The notes under the pieces were generated by a model. It saw only the letters and a list, made by a program, of their open reading frames with translations. It was not told the DNA's origin and did not search any database. A stretch of DNA of 10,889 nt from a candidate division WOR-3 bacterium (GTDB lineage Bacteria > Hydrothermota > Tepidihabitantia > SM23-42 > JAOAFX01): assembly GCA_037444665.1 (NCBI GenBank), contig JBBILZ010000067.1, positions 1 to 10,889 on the forward strand. The letters are read 5' to 3'. How positions within the stretch are numbered: position 1 is the stretch's first letter; every line of letters begins with the position of its first letter. The position numbers were made by a program, and so were the translations under genes. Positions 7,983 to 10,889 of this stretch are shown piece by piece.

Positions 7983-8879
7983 TTACAACTCCTGTTCGCG
8001 TGGGTGGTACTGCCGGTGCACCTCTTTCAGATATTCGCGGTCAATATGGGTATAAATTTGCGTTGTTGAAATATCTGAATGCCCGAGTAATTCCTGAACT
8101 ACCCGCAGGTCAGCACCTGCCTGTAATAGATGGGTTGCATAAGAGTGACGAAATGTATGGGGAGTAACCTTTTTTCTCACACCTGATTTTATCAGATATT
8201 TTTTCAGGATTTTCAAAAAACCCATTCTGCTCATTTTATTACCCCGCGCATTAAGAATGAGATATGGCGTCTTCCTTTTTCTCATCAAAAATGATTTACC
8301 ATTTCTTACATATTCATTTAAAGCGGCCAAAGCCTTTTTGCCGAATGGCACAAACCTCTGTTTGTTGCCTTTGCCCGTTATACACAACAACTCTTCATTA
8401 ATCAGGATATCGCTCATTTTAAGACTTAAAAGTTCAGAGATACGCAAGCCTGCTCCATAGAGCAGTTCAAGGCATAGCCTGTCTCTTAAACCAGCAGGTG
8501 TCTTTTCATCTGCAGATTCAATAATGGCATTAACCTCTTCTATGGTCAATGTTTGAGGAAGTTTTCTACCAACTTTCAGAAGTTCCAATTCGTCTGCCGG
8601 ATTATTGTTTATCTTATTTATTGAACATAGATATGAATAATATGACCTGATTGCAGAAATTTTACGATTTATTGAACTCGCACTTACTCCCATATCAAAC
8701 AAAGAATGTATAAATTCTCGTAAATCATGGGTTGTTGCATCTAACAAGTTTTTATTCTGTCCTGTTAAAAAGAGACCCAGTTGTTTGATATCTAATAAAT
8801 AAGATTGGATTGTATTAAATTCATTACCCTGACCAACCAGGTGGTCTTTAAAATCTGATAGTTCCAGACCATCATTCAT
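7983..8879 (-). CDS. xerD: Site-specific tyrosine recombinase, XerD-like, 298 aa
   Basis: Motifs GLRDRLCLELLYGAGLRISEL, GKGNKQR, TPHTFRHSYATHLL, ADLRVVQELLGH, TTQIYTH and C-terminal HPR give the full R-K-H-R-H-Y catalytic set. XerD versus XerC is not certain by eye. Confidence 0.88.
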   Translation of the reverse strand: MNDGLELSDFKDHLVGQGNEFNTIQSYLLDIKQLGLFLTGQNKNLLDATTHDLREFIHSLFDMGVSASSINRKISAIRSYYSYLCSINKINNNPADELELLKVGRKLPQTLTIEEVNAIIESADEKTPAGLRDRLCLELLYGAGLRISELLSLKMSDILINEELLCITGKGNKQRFVPFGKKALAALNEYVRNGKSFLMRKRKTPYLILNARGNKMSRMGFLKILKKYLIKSGVRKKVTPHTFRHSYATHLLQAGADLRVVQELLGHSDISTTQIYTHIDREYLKEVHRQYHPREQEL

Positions 8880-8887
8880 AAACCCAA

Positions 8888-8918
8888 ATTATAATAATTA
8901 ATTTCTCAACCCAGTCAA
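8888..8918 (-). promoter_or_regulatory. Sigma70-type promoter for the xerD-TMTC-buk-acyltransferase run
   Basis: Minus strand TTGACT (8918-8913), 16-nt spacer, TATTAT (8896-8891). An overlapping TATAAT (8893-8888) ends 8 nt before the ATG at 8879. Confidence 0.6.
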
Positions 8919-8961
8919 GAGTGACAAATCAATATTGCAAGACCTCAGATTCATTAATCTA

Positions 8962-8989
8962 TTGACCCAAATAAATTTTTCAGTATACT
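8962..8989 (+). promoter_or_regulatory. Sigma70-type promoter for trmI
   Basis: TTGACC (8962-8967), 16-nt spacer, TATACT (8984-8989), then 7 nt to the ATG at 8997. Confidence 0.65.
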
Positions 8990-8996
8990 GAAATTG

Positions 8997-9782
8997 ATGT
9001 CTGATAATCTAATAGCACCTGGTGATTTAATCTATATTTATCTTGATGATAAACGACAGTTCCTTATTCAGGCAAATCCTAAACTGAAATTATCAACAGA
9101 CTTTGGTGATATCAAAATTGACGAAGTGCTCAACAAAGAATTCGGTTACGTTGGTAAAACACACCTCGGTAAAAATTACTATTGTTTAAAACCAACAACC
9201 GCTGATTTAATGCTTAAAATTAAACGTAAGACAACTATTGTCTATCCCAAAGACCTTGGATATCTTTTTTTTGAAACTGCAATCGGACCAGGTGCAAAAG
9301 TAATTGAGGTTGGCACTGGTAGTGGTGCACTCACACTATTCTTATCAAAGATCGTTGCACCTGATGGTATTGTCTATTCCTATGAACGGAACGAAGAATT
9401 TCTTGCAAACGCAAAAAATAATTTAGAAAATATTCCGGGTAAGAGTAAAATAGAATTTTTTCTGCGCGATGTAGCAAATGATGGCTTTTTGCAAACCAAT
9501 GTTGACGCAGTATTCATTGATGTGCCAGAGCCCTGGGATATTGTGCCTAAGGCTTATGCGGCACTAAAAAATGGTCATCATTTAGTGAGCTGGAGCCCGA
9601 ATGTTGAACAGGTGAAAAAAACCATTGAAGCACTACATTCTTATAATTTTATTCGCACACAAATAAATGAAATCCTCCAGAGAGAAATTTTAGTGCGGGA
9701 AAGGGGCGTTAGACCCAGAGAGCGTGGGATTACCCATACTGCATATCTAATCAGTGCAACAAAAACAATTCCGGGAAAATAA
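8997..9782 (+). CDS. trmI: tRNA (adenine-58-N1)-methyltransferase, TrmI/GCD14 family
   Basis: Motifs KRKTTIVYPKD, SAM-binding VIEVGTGSGALT, YSYER, AVFIDVPEPW, SPNVEQV and VRPRERGITHTAYL. ATG 8997 is preferred over TTG 8994 given the promoter position. Confidence 0.92.
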   Translation: MSDNLIAPGDLIYIYLDDKRQFLIQANPKLKLSTDFGDIKIDEVLNKEFGYVGKTHLGKNYYCLKPTTADLMLKIKRKTTIVYPKDLGYLFFETAIGPGAKVIEVGTGSGALTLFLSKIVAPDGIVYSYERNEEFLANAKNNLENIPGKSKIEFFLRDVANDGFLQTNVDAVFIDVPEPWDIVPKAYAALKNGHHLVSWSPNVEQVKKTIEALHSYNFIRTQINEILQREILVRERGVRPRERGITHTAYLISATKTIPGK

Positions 9783-9818
9783 ATAACATACAGAAACTTT
9801 TAAAACTGCTATGAAAAT

Positions 9819-9841
9819 GTAGTTGCCTGATTTATCGGGCA
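9819..9841 (+). repeat. GTAG-type REP-like hairpin between convergent genes; possible terminator
   Basis: GTAG-T-TGCCTGA-TTTA-TCGGGCA: a GTAG tetranucleotide 5' of a 7-bp GC-rich stem with one G-T pair and a 4-nt loop. Only one copy is visible in the window. Confidence 0.55.
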
Positions 9842-9894
9842 TTATAATGGATTGATTTTAGAAACAGGTCAAAGGTTGTAAGGATAACTTAAAT

Positions 9895-10889
9895 CTATTC
9901 CAGATAGACTAACGGGTCTACTGGCTTACCTTCTTTTCTTAATTCAAAGTGTAGCATAGGACCGGACAGAGAACCACTCTCTCCAACCCTGCCAATTATT
10001 CTACCTGATGGTACCTCATCACCGACCTTTACAAATATCTCGGAAAGATGCCCATAGAGTGAATAGAAACCATCCAGATGGTCAATCAAAATTAAATTTC
10101 CATACCCCATAAACTTTCCTGCATAAACGACCTTACCCTGGGCAACCGAATATACATTCTCTCCATAAGTGCTTAAAATATCTATTCCGTTATTTTTGGT
10201 CGTTGTATTATATTTAGGATGAACTACCTTTCCGAATTTTGTTCCTACTGAACCTTTACAGGGCCAGGGCAATTTACCTTTATTGGCTTCAAAATAACTC
10301 TTAGCACTCGCAGTCTCTTTTTCTTTTTTCTTACGCAAAGACACAATCAAATCTTCAAGTTTGCGTTGTGCACTCTTTAATTCTTTTTCAATTTTCTTCT
10401 TCTCTGTCTCTTTTTTTGCCATTTCATCAAGAAGTTGTTTTTTTTCTTTGCGTTCTTCATTGAGTTGAGCGAGTTCTTTCTCTTTCTCCTCTCTTCGTGC
10501 TTCTAAAAGAAGAATTAGTTCTTCCCGCATTTTTTTATCAGTAAGATATTTATTCCAATCATTTTTACATTCAAAGAATAATTTTTTATCATTTTTGGCA
10601 AGTATTTGCAGATAATATGAAGTAGAGAGAATTTCAGGAATTGATTTTGAAGACAACAAAATTTCCAGCCGATAAAATGGAGTCCATTTATAGAGCCGAA
10701 TCAATCTATCGCGCAATTCATCCATCTGAAACTTCATCTTTGCTTCAAGTCGGGCAATCTCACGATTCAATTCTTCTACCCTAATTTTTTCTTCATATTC
10801 CTGACTGGTCAATCTTTCTATATATTCGGTGGAAAGATTAATTGCCTCATCAATCTTTTCAATGCGTGCAAGTGCTCCAGATTTTTCTT
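9895..10889 (-). CDS. EnvC-like murein hydrolase activator (long coiled coil plus degenerate M23/LytM domain); 5' end lies outside the window
   Basis: The frame is open upstream of the track's TTG at 10812 to the window edge (EKSGALARIEKIDEAINLSTEYIERL). E/K-rich coiled coil, then KGKLPWPCKG, NNGIDI, YGNLILIDH, SLYGHL and LHFELRKEGKPVDPL. The canonical M23 HxxxD and HxH motifs are degenerate (NGID, MLH). Confidence 0.85.
   Translation of the reverse strand, partial: EKSGALARIEKIDEAINLSTEYIERLTSQEYEEKIRVEELNREIARLEAKMKFQMDELRDRLIRLYKWTPFYRLEILLSSKSIPEILSTSYYLQILAKNDKKLFFECKNDWNKYLTDKKMREELILLLEARREEKEKELAQLNEERKEKKQLLDEMAKKETEKKKIEKELKSAQRKLEDLIVSLRKKKEKETASAKSYFEANKGKLPWPCKGSVGTKFGKVVHPKYNTTTKNNGIDILSTYGENVYSVAQGKVVYAGKFMGYGNLILIDHLDGFYSLYGHLSEIFVKVGDEVPSGRIIGRVGESGSLSGPMLHFELRKEGKPVDPLVYLE

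Noticed and set aside
5311..8460. Short plus-strand ORFs 5311-5574, 6618-6833, 7114-7296, 7399-7614 and 8257-8460
   Set aside because: These are antisense shadows of the well-supported buk, TMTC-like and xerD genes.
7983..8879. Tyrosine recombinase as the integrase of a prophage, island or integron
   Set aside because: Length and motifs fit housekeeping XerD. I see no integron-integrase insertion, att repeats, tRNA or phage genes.
10810..10812. TTG at 10812 as the start of the M23 gene
   Set aside because: The frame stays open to the window edge and no signal or membrane segment follows this TTG, so the true start is probably upstream.

Overview
This is an AT-rich bacterial chromosomal window with seven genes. 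A >1,190-codon gingipain-like C25 peptidase gene on the minus strand (3574 to <1) runs off the left edge and is missing from the ORF track; it encodes a signal peptide, propeptide, His/Cys catalytic domain, Ig-like modules, a nidogen-like module and the start of a T9SS-CTD/FlgD-like tail. Upstream on the same strand is a tightly packed four-gene run: xerD-like recombinase, TMTC-like GT-C glycosyltransferase with 8 TPRs, divergent butyrate-kinase-family gene, and DUF1624/HGSNAT-like membrane acyltransferase. A divergent trmI (tRNA m1A58 methyltransferase) converges on an EnvC-like coiled-coil/degenerate M23 gene that runs off the right edge. Non-coding highlights are twin 20-bp palindromes bracketing the protease promoter, a 7-bp tandem repeat inside the protease C-terminal domain, a codon/GC shift within the protease gene, apparently leaderless divergent promoters with a perfect 16-bp palindrome, and a GTAG REP-like hairpin. 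The protease architecture suggests an FCB-related lineage such as WOR-3 (inference only). All family calls come from motif recognition by eye; no searches were run.
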